Of a stretch of 32,154 bases of DNA, positions 9,050-18,364 are shown one piece after another; the first letter of the stretch is position 1, and the number at the start of each line of letters is the position of its first letter. The translations under genes were made by a program, and so were the position numbers. The stretch is taken from sequence record SRR22947725_591; one strand, given 5' to 3'. The notes beneath the pieces are model-generated. The model was not told the origin of the DNA. It saw nothing but the letters and a program-made list of their open reading frames with translations, and did no database searches.

Positions 9050-9054
9050 AAAAA

Positions 9055-9888
9055 ATGACAAAAATTGAAATTAAACCTCTACTGGAGGCCGGTGTTCATT
9101 TTGGACACTTAACAAGAAAATGGAATCCCAATATGGCTCCTTTCATTCATATGGAAAAGAATGGGATACATATTATTAATCTTTACAAAACAGCATCTAA
9201 AATTGAAGAAGCCTCTTCGGCTTTATCTAAAATTGCTTCCTCAGGAAGAAAAATTTTATTTGTTGCTACCAAAAAACAAGCAAAAGATCTAGTATCTAAA
9301 ACAGCTGCTGATGTCAATATGCCTTACATTACTGAAAGATGGCCTGGAGGTATGCTTACAAATTTTGTAACAATTAGAAAAGCTGTTAAAAAAATGTCTG
9401 CAATTGACAGAACAAAACAAGATGGTACTTTTGAAGCTTTATCTAAAAGAGAAAAATTACAAATAGATAGACTAAGAGCTAAATTAGAAAAAAATCTTGG
9501 TTCGATAACAGACATGACTAGACTTCCTGGTGCTTTATTTGTTGTAGATATCCGAAGAGAACATATTGCTATTCGTGAAGCTCAAAAATTAAATATTCCA
9601 ATTTTTGCCATGGTTGATACAAATTGTGATCCTAGAGAGGTTGATTACGCTATTCCATCAAATGATGACGCATCTAAATCTATAGATATAGTTTTAAGCC
9701 ATGTTTCTTCAGCTATTAAAGAAGGATTATCTGAAAGAAAAAAAGAAAAAGAGGTTGCTGAAGTTAAAAAGGAAAAAGAAGAAGGTTCAAAAAAATCTGA
9801 TGAATCATCAAACGATAAAGCTGAAGTAAAAACTGAAGTAAAAGAAAAAAAGAAAAGAACTAGAGTGTCTAAAAAAACAGAAGAATAA
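9055..9888 (+). CDS. rpsB: 30S ribosomal protein S2
   Basis: LLEAGVHFGH.TRKWNP.M, ERWPGGMLTNF, DTNCDP, IPSNDDA; K/E-rich C-terminal tail. Confidence 0.99.
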   Translation: MTKIEIKPLLEAGVHFGHLTRKWNPNMAPFIHMEKNGIHIINLYKTASKIEEASSALSKIASSGRKILFVATKKQAKDLVSKTAADVNMPYITERWPGGMLTNFVTIRKAVKKMSAIDRTKQDGTFEALSKREKLQIDRLRAKLEKNLGSITDMTRLPGALFVVDIRREHIAIREAQKLNIPIFAMVDTNCDPREVDYAIPSNDDASKSIDIVLSHVSSAIKEGLSERKKEKEVAEVKKEKEEGSKKSDESSNDKAEVKTEVKEKKKRTRVSKKTEE

Positions 9889-9890
9889 TT

Positions 9891-10715
9891 ATGACAAAAA
9901 TAACTGCATCAGAAGTAAACAATCTTAGAAAAATTTCAGGAGCTGGGATAATGGATTGTAAAAATGCCTTAGTTGAAGCCAATGGCGATACTGAAGCTGC
10001 TATAGAAATTTTAAGAAAAAAGGGGCAAAAAGTTGCAGCTAAAAGAGCTGATAGAGAATCTTCTGAAGGAGCTGCAATTGCAAAAGTTAGTTCGGATAAT
10101 TCTACTGGAGTTATTGTATCCCTTAACTGTGAAACAGATTTTGTCGCTAAAAACGAATCCTTTGTTGCCTTAGCAAATGAACTTGCTGAATTAGCTATTT
10201 CACATGAAACATTAGATGATTTTTTAAACTGTGAAATTGATTCTATGAGTGTAAGTGAAAAGTTAATTCAACAGACTGGAGTCATTGGAGAAAAATTAGT
10301 AATTGGTAACTTTGAAAAAGTTTCTGCTGGATATGTTGGAAAATATATTCATGCTGGAAACAAAATTGCCACTTTAGTAGGATTTTCAAGCTCTGTTGAA
10401 GGTATCGAAGAAGCTTCGAAAAATGTGGCAATGCAAGCAGCTGCAATGAACCCAATAGCGCTTGACGAGGATGGTGTTGACCAAAAAACAATTGAAAAAG
10501 AAATTGAAATAGCAAAAGATCAGCTTAGACAAGAAGGCAAACCAGAAGCAATGCTTGATAATATAGCTAAAGGTAAATTGAAAAGATTTTTCAAAGATAA
10601 CACCTTAGTAAATCAAGCTTATATTAAAGATAATAAACAAAGTGTTGCAAACTATGTTAAATCTGTTGACAGTAATTTAACTGTTACAGATTTTAAAAGA
10701 GTTAGTTTATCCTAA
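9891..10715 (+). CDS. tsf: Elongation factor Ts
   Basis: LRKISGAGIMDCKNAL.EANGD, NCETDFVAKN. Confidence 0.99.
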   Translation: MTKITASEVNNLRKISGAGIMDCKNALVEANGDTEAAIEILRKKGQKVAAKRADRESSEGAAIAKVSSDNSTGVIVSLNCETDFVAKNESFVALANELAELAISHETLDDFLNCEIDSMSVSEKLIQQTGVIGEKLVIGNFEKVSAGYVGKYIHAGNKIATLVGFSSSVEGIEEASKNVAMQAAAMNPIALDEDGVDQKTIEKEIEIAKDQLRQEGKPEAMLDNIAKGKLKRFFKDNTLVNQAYIKDNKQSVANYVKSVDSNLTVTDFKRVSLS

Positions 10716-10781
10716 TTTTTTAAAACATTCAATACTATTCTTTTTTTAATTTAATTGTAATCATTAACTATATTTACATTA

Positions 10782-11489
10782 ATGATTTATAAAAGAGTAT
10801 TACTAAAACTTAGTGGTGAAGCATTATTAGGTGACAGAAGTTATGGAATTGATCCTAAAAGAATCGCTCAATATGCAAAAGAAATTAAATCTGTAACTGA
10901 GCTTGGCCTTGAGGTTGCTGTAGTTATTGGAGGTGGCAATATATTTAGGGGTGTCTCAGCTGCTAGTAATGGAATTGACCGTGTTCAAGGTGACTATATG
11001 GGAATGCTTGCGACAGTTATCAATGGTATGGCATTACAAAGTGCCCTTGAAGAAGAAAACGTACAAACAAGATTACAAACCGCTATCAAAATTGAAGCAG
11101 TCGCTGAACCTTATATCAAAAGGAAAGCAGTAAGACATTTAGAAAAAAAACGAGTAGTGATTTTTGGAGGTGGAACTGGAAATCCTTTTTTTACGACTGA
11201 TTCTGCTGCAGTTTTAAGAGCAATTGAAATTAATGCTGATGTTATATTAAAAGGAACTAGAGTTGATGGAGTTTATGATTCTGATCCAGAAAAAAACGAA
11301 AACGCCATTCAATATGACACTATTTCTTTCAATGATGTAATAAAAAAGAATTTAAAAATAATGGATTCTACTGCATTTACTTTAAGTCAAGAAAACAACT
11401 TACCTATCATAGTTTTTAATATGAATAAATCAGGTAATCTATTGAATATAATCAATGGCGAAAAAATTGGTACATCTATAAAAAATTAA
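10782..11489 (+). CDS. pyrH: UMP kinase
   Basis: [48 protein letters not shown]. Confidence 0.99.
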   Translation: MIYKRVLLKLSGEALLGDRSYGIDPKRIAQYAKEIKSVTELGLEVAVVIGGGNIFRGVSAASNGIDRVQGDYMGMLATVINGMALQSALEEENVQTRLQTAIKIEAVAEPYIKRKAVRHLEKKRVVIFGGGTGNPFFTTDSAAVLRAIEINADVILKGTRVDGVYDSDPEKNENAIQYDTISFNDVIKKNLKIMDSTAFTLSQENNLPIIVFNMNKSGNLLNIINGEKIGTSIKN

Positions 11490-11491
11490 TT

Positions 11492-12043
11492 TTGGAAGAA
11501 TTAGAATTTATTATTGAAGCATGCGAGGAATCAATGACAAATGCAGTAAAGCATCTTGAAAGAGAATTGCTAAATATTAGAGCTGGAAAAGCAAATCCCA
11601 CAATGCTTTCAAGTGTTAAGTTAGACTATTATGGATCAACCACTCCATTGTCTCAAATAGCTAATATTAGCACTCCAGATGCTCAAACACTCTCTGTCCA
11701 ACCATGGGAAAAAGATAAACTACAAGATATCGAAAAAGCAATTCAAATTGCTAATTTAGGATTCAACCCTATGAATAATGGAGAGTCAATTATTATAAGT
11801 ATTCCTCCTTTGACTGAAGAAAGAAGAAAAGAATTAGTAAAAATTGCAAAATCTGAAATTGAAGATGCTAAAATTAGTATTAGAAATTCTAGAAAAGATG
11901 CTAATAATGAAATTAAAAAGATTGAAATCTCTACTGATCATAAAGCAATTTCAGAAAAAGAAATTCAAACTTTAACAGATAATTACATCTCTAAAATTGA
12001 TGAAATTTTCTCTTCCAAAGAAAAAGAAATTCTTTCTATTTAA
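11492..12043 (+). CDS. frr: Ribosome recycling factor
   Basis: IRAGKANP, YYGS.TPL.QIANI, IPPLTEERRKELVK, IRNSRKDAN; TTG start. Confidence 0.98.
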   Translation: MEELEFIIEACEESMTNAVKHLERELLNIRAGKANPTMLSSVKLDYYGSTTPLSQIANISTPDAQTLSVQPWEKDKLQDIEKAIQIANLGFNPMNNGESIIISIPPLTEERRKELVKIAKSEIEDAKISIRNSRKDANNEIKKIEISTDHKAISEKEIQTLTDNYISKIDEIFSSKEKEILSI

Positions 12044-12069
12044 ACTACATATTTTGAATAAAATAGTCC

Positions 12070-14442
12070 ATGAGTAAATCAAAAAGTTCCATAGGTTGGG
12101 AAAAATTTGCTCGATTAATCTTAAGAAATAGAATTCTTTTATTAGTTCTTGTTTTAATTAATACTATTTTCCTTTCAACCCAATGGAAAAATATTCGTTT
12201 CAGTTATTCTGAAGCGAATCTAATGCCTAATGATCACCCTTTTAATATAGCATATAATGATTTTGTGGATGTATTTGGTGAAGAGGGTAATCTATTAATA
12301 ATAGCTGTAAATGACTCATTATTATTTGATACAACAAATTTTAATGCTTGGATAAAACTCAGTGATTCTTTTAAATTAAAAAAAGAGGTTAACAATGTTT
12401 TACACGTTGGAAACTTTCCAATAATTAAAAAAGATAAAATAAAGAAAGAATTTACGATTGATTCCTTGAAAAATGAGTCATTCACAAGTAATAAAAAAAT
12501 AACTGAATTTAAAGCTTTACTGTTTAATGATTTTCCGTTTTATGAAAACATCTTGTTCAATAAAAAAACAGGAACAATACAAACAGCTATATATTTAGAT
12601 AAAGAAGTAATTAATAATATTGAACGAATAGATTTTGTAAATAATATTTTTATTCCTTCAATAAAAGAATTTGAGAAACAGAGCAATTTAAATGTTAGAA
12701 TCTCTGGCATGCCCTACATCAGAACTATGAATGCTCAAAATATTATGGATGAGATAGGGAAATTTGTAATAATAGCTATTTGTGTTACAATTTTTATATT
12801 CTTTTTCTTTTTTAGATCATACAGAGCAACATTAATTACTTTGTCTGTTGTAATTACTGGAGTAATGTGGGCTCTTGGAGTTCTTGGATTGTTACAGTTT
12901 GAGATAACTGTTCTAACTGCTTTGATACCGCCTCTTATAATTGTAATTGGAGTTCCTAACTGTATCTTTTTAATTAACAAATATCAGCACGAAGTAAAAA
13001 AGCACGGTAATCAAGCTAGATCTCTGCAAAGAGTTATTTCAAAAATTGGTAATGCAACATTGATGACAAATATTACAACAGCTTGTGGATTTGCAACATT
13101 TATTTTGACAGACAGTCAGGTTTTAAAAGAATTTGGGGTAGTTGCATCAATAAATATTATGGTCATTTTTATACTGTCTATTTTATTAATCCCAATCATT
13201 TATAGTTTTTTACCCTTACCTAAAAAAAAGCATTTAAAACATTTAAATAATGATTGGTTAAACTCTTTTGTTGATTTTTTAGGAAATACAGTTAAAAAAA
13301 GAAGAATTCCTGTTTTTATAATTTCAATACTTTGTTTATGTATAAGTATAGTTGGAATGAACAAAATTGAAATTTCCGGAAACTTAATTGAAGACATGCC
13401 TGCAAAGTCTGAATTTGTTAGAGACATCAAGTTTTTTGAAAAAGAATTTAAGGGAGTCCTTCCGTTAGAAATAATGATAGACAGTCGAAGAAAAAATGGA
13501 ATGACTCGACTCGCCAATCTTAAAAGAATGAATGATTTTCATGAACATATTTTAAAAATTCCTGAGCTATCGAGTCCTATTTCGGTAGTTAATATTTCAA
13601 AGTATATAAAACAGTCTTTTTATAATGGTAATCCTAATTATTTTCAATTACCATCGTCTCAAGAGAACACTTTCATTTCAGGATACTTAAAAAATTCAAA
13701 ACTTAAACTTGGAGAAAATAATAGTTATATAAATGAAACAGGTCAAATAGCTCGAATTACTACAATGATTGGTGAAATTGATACAGAAAGAATGGAAGGA
13801 ATTGAAGCAAGTTTACTTAAAGGTATAGAATTATATTTCCCTGAAGACAGGTTCGATGTTTCGCTGACCGGAAAAACACTTGGCTACCTTAAGGGAACTA
13901 AATTTTTAATAAAGAACTTACTTATTTCTCTTTTTTTAGCAATTATTCTTATCTCATTAATGATAACCTATTTATTTAGATCATATAAAATGGTGATTAT
14001 TTCATTAGTTCCCAATATTCTTCCTCTTCTATTTACTGCCGGAGTCATGGGGTTTTTAAATATCCCGATAAAGCCCTCAACTATTCTAGTTTTTAGTATA
14101 GCTTTTGGAATATCTGTTGATGATACTATTCATTTTCTTGTAAAATATAGACAGGAGTTGATTGCTAATAATTGGAAAATAAGAAAATCTGTATTTTCAT
14201 CCCTTAGGGAAACTGGAATTAGCATGTTTTACACATCTGTTGTCCTGTTTTTTGGGTTTTCGGTTTTCATGACCTCTAGTTATGGTGGAACAATTGCACT
14301 GGGTGGACTAGTTTCTACTACATTACTTTTTGCAATGTTAGCTAATTTAGTTCTGTTACCTTCGCTCTTAATATCCTTAGAAAAAAACATATCCAATAAA
14401 ACAGATATGAAGGAGGCTAAAATAAAATTAGACTCTGATTAA
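12070..14442 (+). CDS. MMPL/RND superfamily membrane transporter
   Basis: Two repeats of TM + extracytoplasmic domain + TM bundle; IAFGISVDDTIH motif in second repeat; TTACGF/TSVVLFFGF segments. Confidence 0.85.
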   Translation: MSKSKSSIGWEKFARLILRNRILLLVLVLINTIFLSTQWKNIRFSYSEANLMPNDHPFNIAYNDFVDVFGEEGNLLIIAVNDSLLFDTTNFNAWIKLSDSFKLKKEVNNVLHVGNFPIIKKDKIKKEFTIDSLKNESFTSNKKITEFKALLFNDFPFYENILFNKKTGTIQTAIYLDKEVINNIERIDFVNNIFIPSIKEFEKQSNLNVRISGMPYIRTMNAQNIMDEIGKFVIIAICVTIFIFFFFFRSYRATLITLSVVITGVMWALGVLGLLQFEITVLTALIPPLIIVIGVPNCIFLINKYQHEVKKHGNQARSLQRVISKIGNATLMTNITTACGFATFILTDSQVLKEFGVVASINIMVIFILSILLIPIIYSFLPLPKKKHLKHLNNDWLNSFVDFLGNTVKKRRIPVFIISILCLCISIVGMNKIEISGNLIEDMPAKSEFVRDIKFFEKEFKGVLPLEIMIDSRRKNGMTRLANLKRMNDFHEHILKIPELSSPISVVNISKYIKQSFYNGNPNYFQLPSSQENTFISGYLKNSKLKLGENNSYINETGQIARITTMIGEIDTERMEGIEASLLKGIELYFPEDRFDVSLTGKTLGYLKGTKFLIKNLLISLFLAIILISLMITYLFRSYKMVIISLVPNILPLLFTAGVMGFLNIPIKPSTILVFSIAFGISVDDTIHFLVKYRQELIANNWKIRKSVFSSLRETGISMFYTSVVLFFGFSVFMTSSYGGTIALGGLVSTTLLFAMLANLVLLPSLLISLEKNISNKTDMKEAKIKLDSD

Positions 14443-14468
14443 TTTTATAAAAAACCAATTCAAAACTT

Positions 14469-14476
14469 TATATTTG
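14469..14476 (+). promoter_or_regulatory. -7 promoter element upstream of asnS
   Basis: TATATTTG matches TAnnTTTG, 28 nt before the ATG; no clear -33 element. Confidence 0.5.
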
Positions 14477-14504
14477 AATCTGATATTTAAATATTTACTC
14501 AAAC

Positions 14505-15929
14505 ATGACAGTTAAAGATTTATTTTTAAACACTCCCATTTCAAAAAACATTAAAGTTCAGGGATGGGTTAAAACATTTAGAGCCAATAGATTTATTTCT
14601 TTAAACGATGGATCTACATTCAAAAGTATTCAATGTGTCGTGGATTTTGAAAACACTGATAATGAAATTTTAAATAATATTAACTCAGGAGCCTCTGTTG
14701 AAATTTCTGGAATTTTAGTTGAAAGCCTAGGAAAAGGACAAAAAATTGAAATTAAAGTTACAGAAATTAAAATATTAGGTAAATGTGACCCTGAAGATTA
14801 TCCAATACAGCCTAAAAAACATAGTTTAGAGTTTTTAAGAGAAAATGCTCATCTTAGAATAAGAACCAATACATTTAGTTCAATATTTAGAATCAGATCT
14901 AGCATATCGTACGCAATACATAAATACTTTAAAGAAAGTGGATTTGTTTATGTAAATACACCCATCATAACTGGAAGTGATGCCGAAGGGGCAGGAGAAA
15001 TGTTTAAAGTAACTACATTAGACATAAATAACGCAGGGTTGGATAACGCTAATCAAATTGATTATTCCAAAGATTTCTTTGGAAAAGAAACAAATCTTAC
15101 GGTATCTGGCCAACTTGAAGCAGAGAGTATGGCGATGGCGCTGGGTAATGTTTATACCTTTGGACCCACATTTAGAGCAGAAAATTCTAATACATCTAGA
15201 CATTTAGCTGAATTTTGGATGGTTGAACCAGAAATGGCATTTTGTGATTTAGATGACAACATGAACTTGGCAGAAGATTTTATAAAAAATGTTTTAAAAT
15301 ATGTAATGGATGATTGTAAAGAAGATTTGTTTTTTCTAAATGAAAGATTGATAAACGAAGACAAAACAAAACCCTTAAAAGACAGAAATGAACTTAATTT
15401 AATTGAGAGATTGAACTTTGTTGTGAGTAATGATTTTGTGAGAATAAATTACACAGAAGCATTTGATATTCTCAGAAACTCAAAGCCTAATAAAAAGAAA
15501 AAATTCAAGTATCCAATAAATGAATGGGGAGTTGATTTGCAAAGTGAACATGAACGTTTTTTGGTTGAAAAACATTTTAAAAAACCTGTAATTATCCACG
15601 ATTATCCTGCTAAAATTAAGGCTTTTTATATGAGAATGAATGAAGACGGAAAGACTGTACGAGCAATGGATATCTTATTTCCTGGAATAGGTGAAATTGT
15701 TGGAGGCTCCCAAAGAGAAGAAAGGCTAAATGTGTTAAAAGAACGAATTTCAGAACTAAATATTGACGAAAAAGAATTGTGGTGGTATCTTGATTTAAGG
15801 AAATACGGAAGTGTTAAACACAGTGGTTTTGGACTAGGACTTGAAAGACTTATTTTATTTGCTACAGGAATGTCAAATATAAGAGATGTTATTCCATTTC
15901 CAAGAACACCAAAAAATGCCGAATTTTAG
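14505..15929 (+). CDS. asnS: Asparagine--tRNA ligase
   Basis: OB-fold N-terminus; LTVSGQLEAE, FGPTFRAENSNTSRHLAEFWMVEPE, GEIVGGSQREER, HSGFGLGLERL. Confidence 0.98.
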   Translation: MTVKDLFLNTPISKNIKVQGWVKTFRANRFISLNDGSTFKSIQCVVDFENTDNEILNNINSGASVEISGILVESLGKGQKIEIKVTEIKILGKCDPEDYPIQPKKHSLEFLRENAHLRIRTNTFSSIFRIRSSISYAIHKYFKESGFVYVNTPIITGSDAEGAGEMFKVTTLDINNAGLDNANQIDYSKDFFGKETNLTVSGQLEAESMAMALGNVYTFGPTFRAENSNTSRHLAEFWMVEPEMAFCDLDDNMNLAEDFIKNVLKYVMDDCKEDLFFLNERLINEDKTKPLKDRNELNLIERLNFVVSNDFVRINYTEAFDILRNSKPNKKKKFKYPINEWGVDLQSEHERFLVEKHFKKPVIIHDYPAKIKAFYMRMNEDGKTVRAMDILFPGIGEIVGGSQREERLNVLKERISELNIDEKELWWYLDLRKYGSVKHSGFGLGLERLILFATGMSNIRDVIPFPRTPKNAEF

Positions 15930-15980
15930 TATATAATTCTTCATCAAGTTTTTTTGTACTTTTAATATTTATTAAAGCAA

Positions 15981-17426
15981 ATGCTCAAGCAGTTTTTACA
16001 ATTAAAACTTTCTCAAAAATTATCGCCTCAACAAATTCAATTGATGAAGTTGATCGAACTTCCACTTCAGGAACTGGAAGATCGACTATCAAGAGAAATT
16101 GAAGAAAATCCTGCCCTAGAAACAGGAAAAGAAAATGAAAAGGATTTATATGAAACTGAATCTGACTATGAACAAGAACCAAAAAATGAAGATTCTGAGC
16201 TTAACGTTGAAGACTATCTTAGTGATGATGATATTCCAGACTATAAATTAAAAACTAATAATTATAGTGATGATGATGAAGAAAAATCGTTACCATTTGT
16301 TTCAGGTATAAGTTTCAATGAATTTTTAAAAAAACAATTGACCCCTTTTAACCTTAATGAAGATGACTCTAAAATTGCAGAATTTTTAGTTGGGAGTGTA
16401 GATCAATCTGGTTATATAAGAACTGATATAGTTGATATTGTTGATGACTTAGCTTTTACGATGGGGATTTATACAGACATTAATTCCGTAACTAAAATTT
16501 TAAATAAAATTCATCTATTGGATCCTCCGGGAGTTGGAGCAAGAGATTTACAAGAATGCTTAATTCTTCAATTAAGAAGAAAAAAAGAGTCAAGCTCGGC
16601 AATACATGCTATTAATATTTTAAATAATAATTTTGATTTATTCATCAAAAAACATTACAAAAAAATAATTCATAAGCTTAGTATCACAGAAGATGAATTA
16701 AGACAGGCAATAAAACAAATTGAAAAGCTTAATCCTAAACCGGGTTCAGCATTTTCTGAACCAACAAAAATGAATTCAACAATAATTCCTGATTTTAAAA
16801 TTGAAATTATTGAAAATAAACTCACATTAAATTTAAATTCTAGAAACGCGCCTGAACTTTTTGTTTCAAACGAATATAAAAATATGTTATCTGGTTATCA
16901 GGAAAATAAAAATATTTCTAAAAGTCATAAACAAGCCGTTACATTTATTAAACAAAAACTTGATTCAGCTAAATGGTTTATTGATGCTATTAATCAAAGA
17001 AATCAAACATTACTTATCACAATGAAAACCATAATGGAATTTCAAAATAAATATTTTTTAAGTGGAGATGAAAGTAACTTGAAGCCTATGATATTAAAAG
17101 ATATTGCTGAAAAGATTGGAATGGACATATCCACAGTTTCAAGAGTTGCTAATAGTAAGTATGTAGACACTCCTTATGGAATAAAACTAATAAAATCATT
17201 CTTTTCTGAAGGGATTACAAATGACAAAGGAGTTGAAGTTTCAACAATTGAAATAAAAAAAGAACTTCAAAATATCATTAATAATGAAAATAAATCAAAG
17301 CCGTTAACAGATGATGAGCTTACTAAAAGAATCAATGAAAAAGGATATCCTATTGCTAGAAGGACAGTTGCAAAATATAGAGAAATGCTTGGAGCACCTG
17401 TAGCAAGATTAAGAAAAAAACTATAA
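15981..17426 (+). CDS. rpoN: RNA polymerase sigma-54 factor
   Basis: Q/L-rich region I, DPPGVGARDLQECL, STVSRV HTH, RpoN box ARRTVAKYRE. Confidence 0.98.
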   Translation: MLKQFLQLKLSQKLSPQQIQLMKLIELPLQELEDRLSREIEENPALETGKENEKDLYETESDYEQEPKNEDSELNVEDYLSDDDIPDYKLKTNNYSDDDEEKSLPFVSGISFNEFLKKQLTPFNLNEDDSKIAEFLVGSVDQSGYIRTDIVDIVDDLAFTMGIYTDINSVTKILNKIHLLDPPGVGARDLQECLILQLRRKKESSSAIHAINILNNNFDLFIKKHYKKIIHKLSITEDELRQAIKQIEKLNPKPGSAFSEPTKMNSTIIPDFKIEIIENKLTLNLNSRNAPELFVSNEYKNMLSGYQENKNISKSHKQAVTFIKQKLDSAKWFIDAINQRNQTLLITMKTIMEFQNKYFLSGDESNLKPMILKDIAEKIGMDISTVSRVANSKYVDTPYGIKLIKSFFSEGITNDKGVEVSTIEIKKELQNIINNENKSKPLTDDELTKRINEKGYPIARRTVAKYREMLGAPVARLRKKL

Positions 17427-18364
17427 TGATAATTGACCTAACAATTATAATTGTAAATTATAAATCTTGGGAAAAACTAACATGGTGTTTAAAAAGTATT
17501 CAAAACCAATGTCATATAAATACTCAAATAATTGTAGTTGATAACTTCTCTAACGACAATAAATTTAAAGATTTTCAAAACAAATACAAGCAAGTTAATT
17601 GGATTGAAAATAGAAATAATTTAGGATTTGCAAGGGGATGTAATATTGGTGCTTCACATGCAGAATCAAAATGGTTATTATTTTTAAATCCAGATACAAT
17701 TTTAGATTCAAATTCTCTTTTCTCTTTAATTAAATATTCTAATTCAAACAAGGAACATAGATTGATTGGAATTAAGCAGTTAAATCAAAATGGTAGCAAC
17801 ACAAATGCCTACGGATTGTTTTTAGACATATGGACAATTACTGGTTTTTTAAGAATATTTAATAGAATATTTAGAGGTTTGACATATAAAAAAATGAATA
17901 CTGAAGAAATTTCTTTCCCGGACTGGATTTCTGGATCATTTGTTCTTATAAGAAAAACTGATTTCGCGAAATTAAATGGATGGAACGAAAATTATTGGAT
18001 GTATTATGAGGATATGGATTTATGTCGAAGAGCTAAGCGCTTAAACTTAAAAGTGTCATTATTCAATAATTGGAAATGTATTCATTATCATGGAGAATCA
18101 TCAAGAAAAAACAAAACTATTACTTTAATGACAAAGACTGAAGTTATAAAATCCTCTCATATATACATTCAAAATCATTTCAAAAGTTTTTATGCTTTAA
18201 GCCTTCATTTGACACTTATTGTTTCAAGATTTGTAAATCTTTTGTTTGGATCAATTATTTCATCGACTAAAAGGAGTATTCTTATGAACTGTCTTGTGTA
18301 TTGGAAAACTAGTTTTTTAAGTAAAGAATGGAGCTCGGATAGAGCTAAAACATCTAATTATTAA
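17426..18364 (+). CDS. Glycosyltransferase family 2 (rhamnosyltransferase/WbbL-like)
   Basis: IIIVNY, VVDNFSND, NLGFARGCNIGA, LFLNPDT, WISGSF, YWMYYEDMDLC; TAATG overlap with rpoN stop. Confidence 0.88.
   Translation: MIIDLTIIIVNYKSWEKLTWCLKSIQNQCHINTQIIVVDNFSNDNKFKDFQNKYKQVNWIENRNNLGFARGCNIGASHAESKWLLFLNPDTILDSNSLFSLIKYSNSNKEHRLIGIKQLNQNGSNTNAYGLFLDIWTITGFLRIFNRIFRGLTYKKMNTEEISFPDWISGSFVLIRKTDFAKLNGWNENYWMYYEDMDLCRRAKRLNLKVSLFNNWKCIHYHGESSRKNKTITLMTKTEVIKSSHIYIQNHFKSFYALSLHLTLIVSRFVNLLFGSIISSTKRSILMNCLVYWKTSFLSKEWSSDRAKTSNY

Noticed and set aside
9730..9888. K/E-rich low-complexity tail of S2 (GAAAAA-type repeats)
   Set aside because: Variable charged C-terminal tails are common on S2; not a DNA repeat element
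12044..12069. Possible -7 element before the MMPL gene (CATATTTTG)
   Set aside because: Spacing does not fit TAnnTTTG; more likely co-transcribed with frr
15930..17426. Sigma-54 (-24/-12) promoters near rpoN or elsewhere
   Set aside because: No convincing TGGCAC-N5-TTGC site seen in any intergenic region
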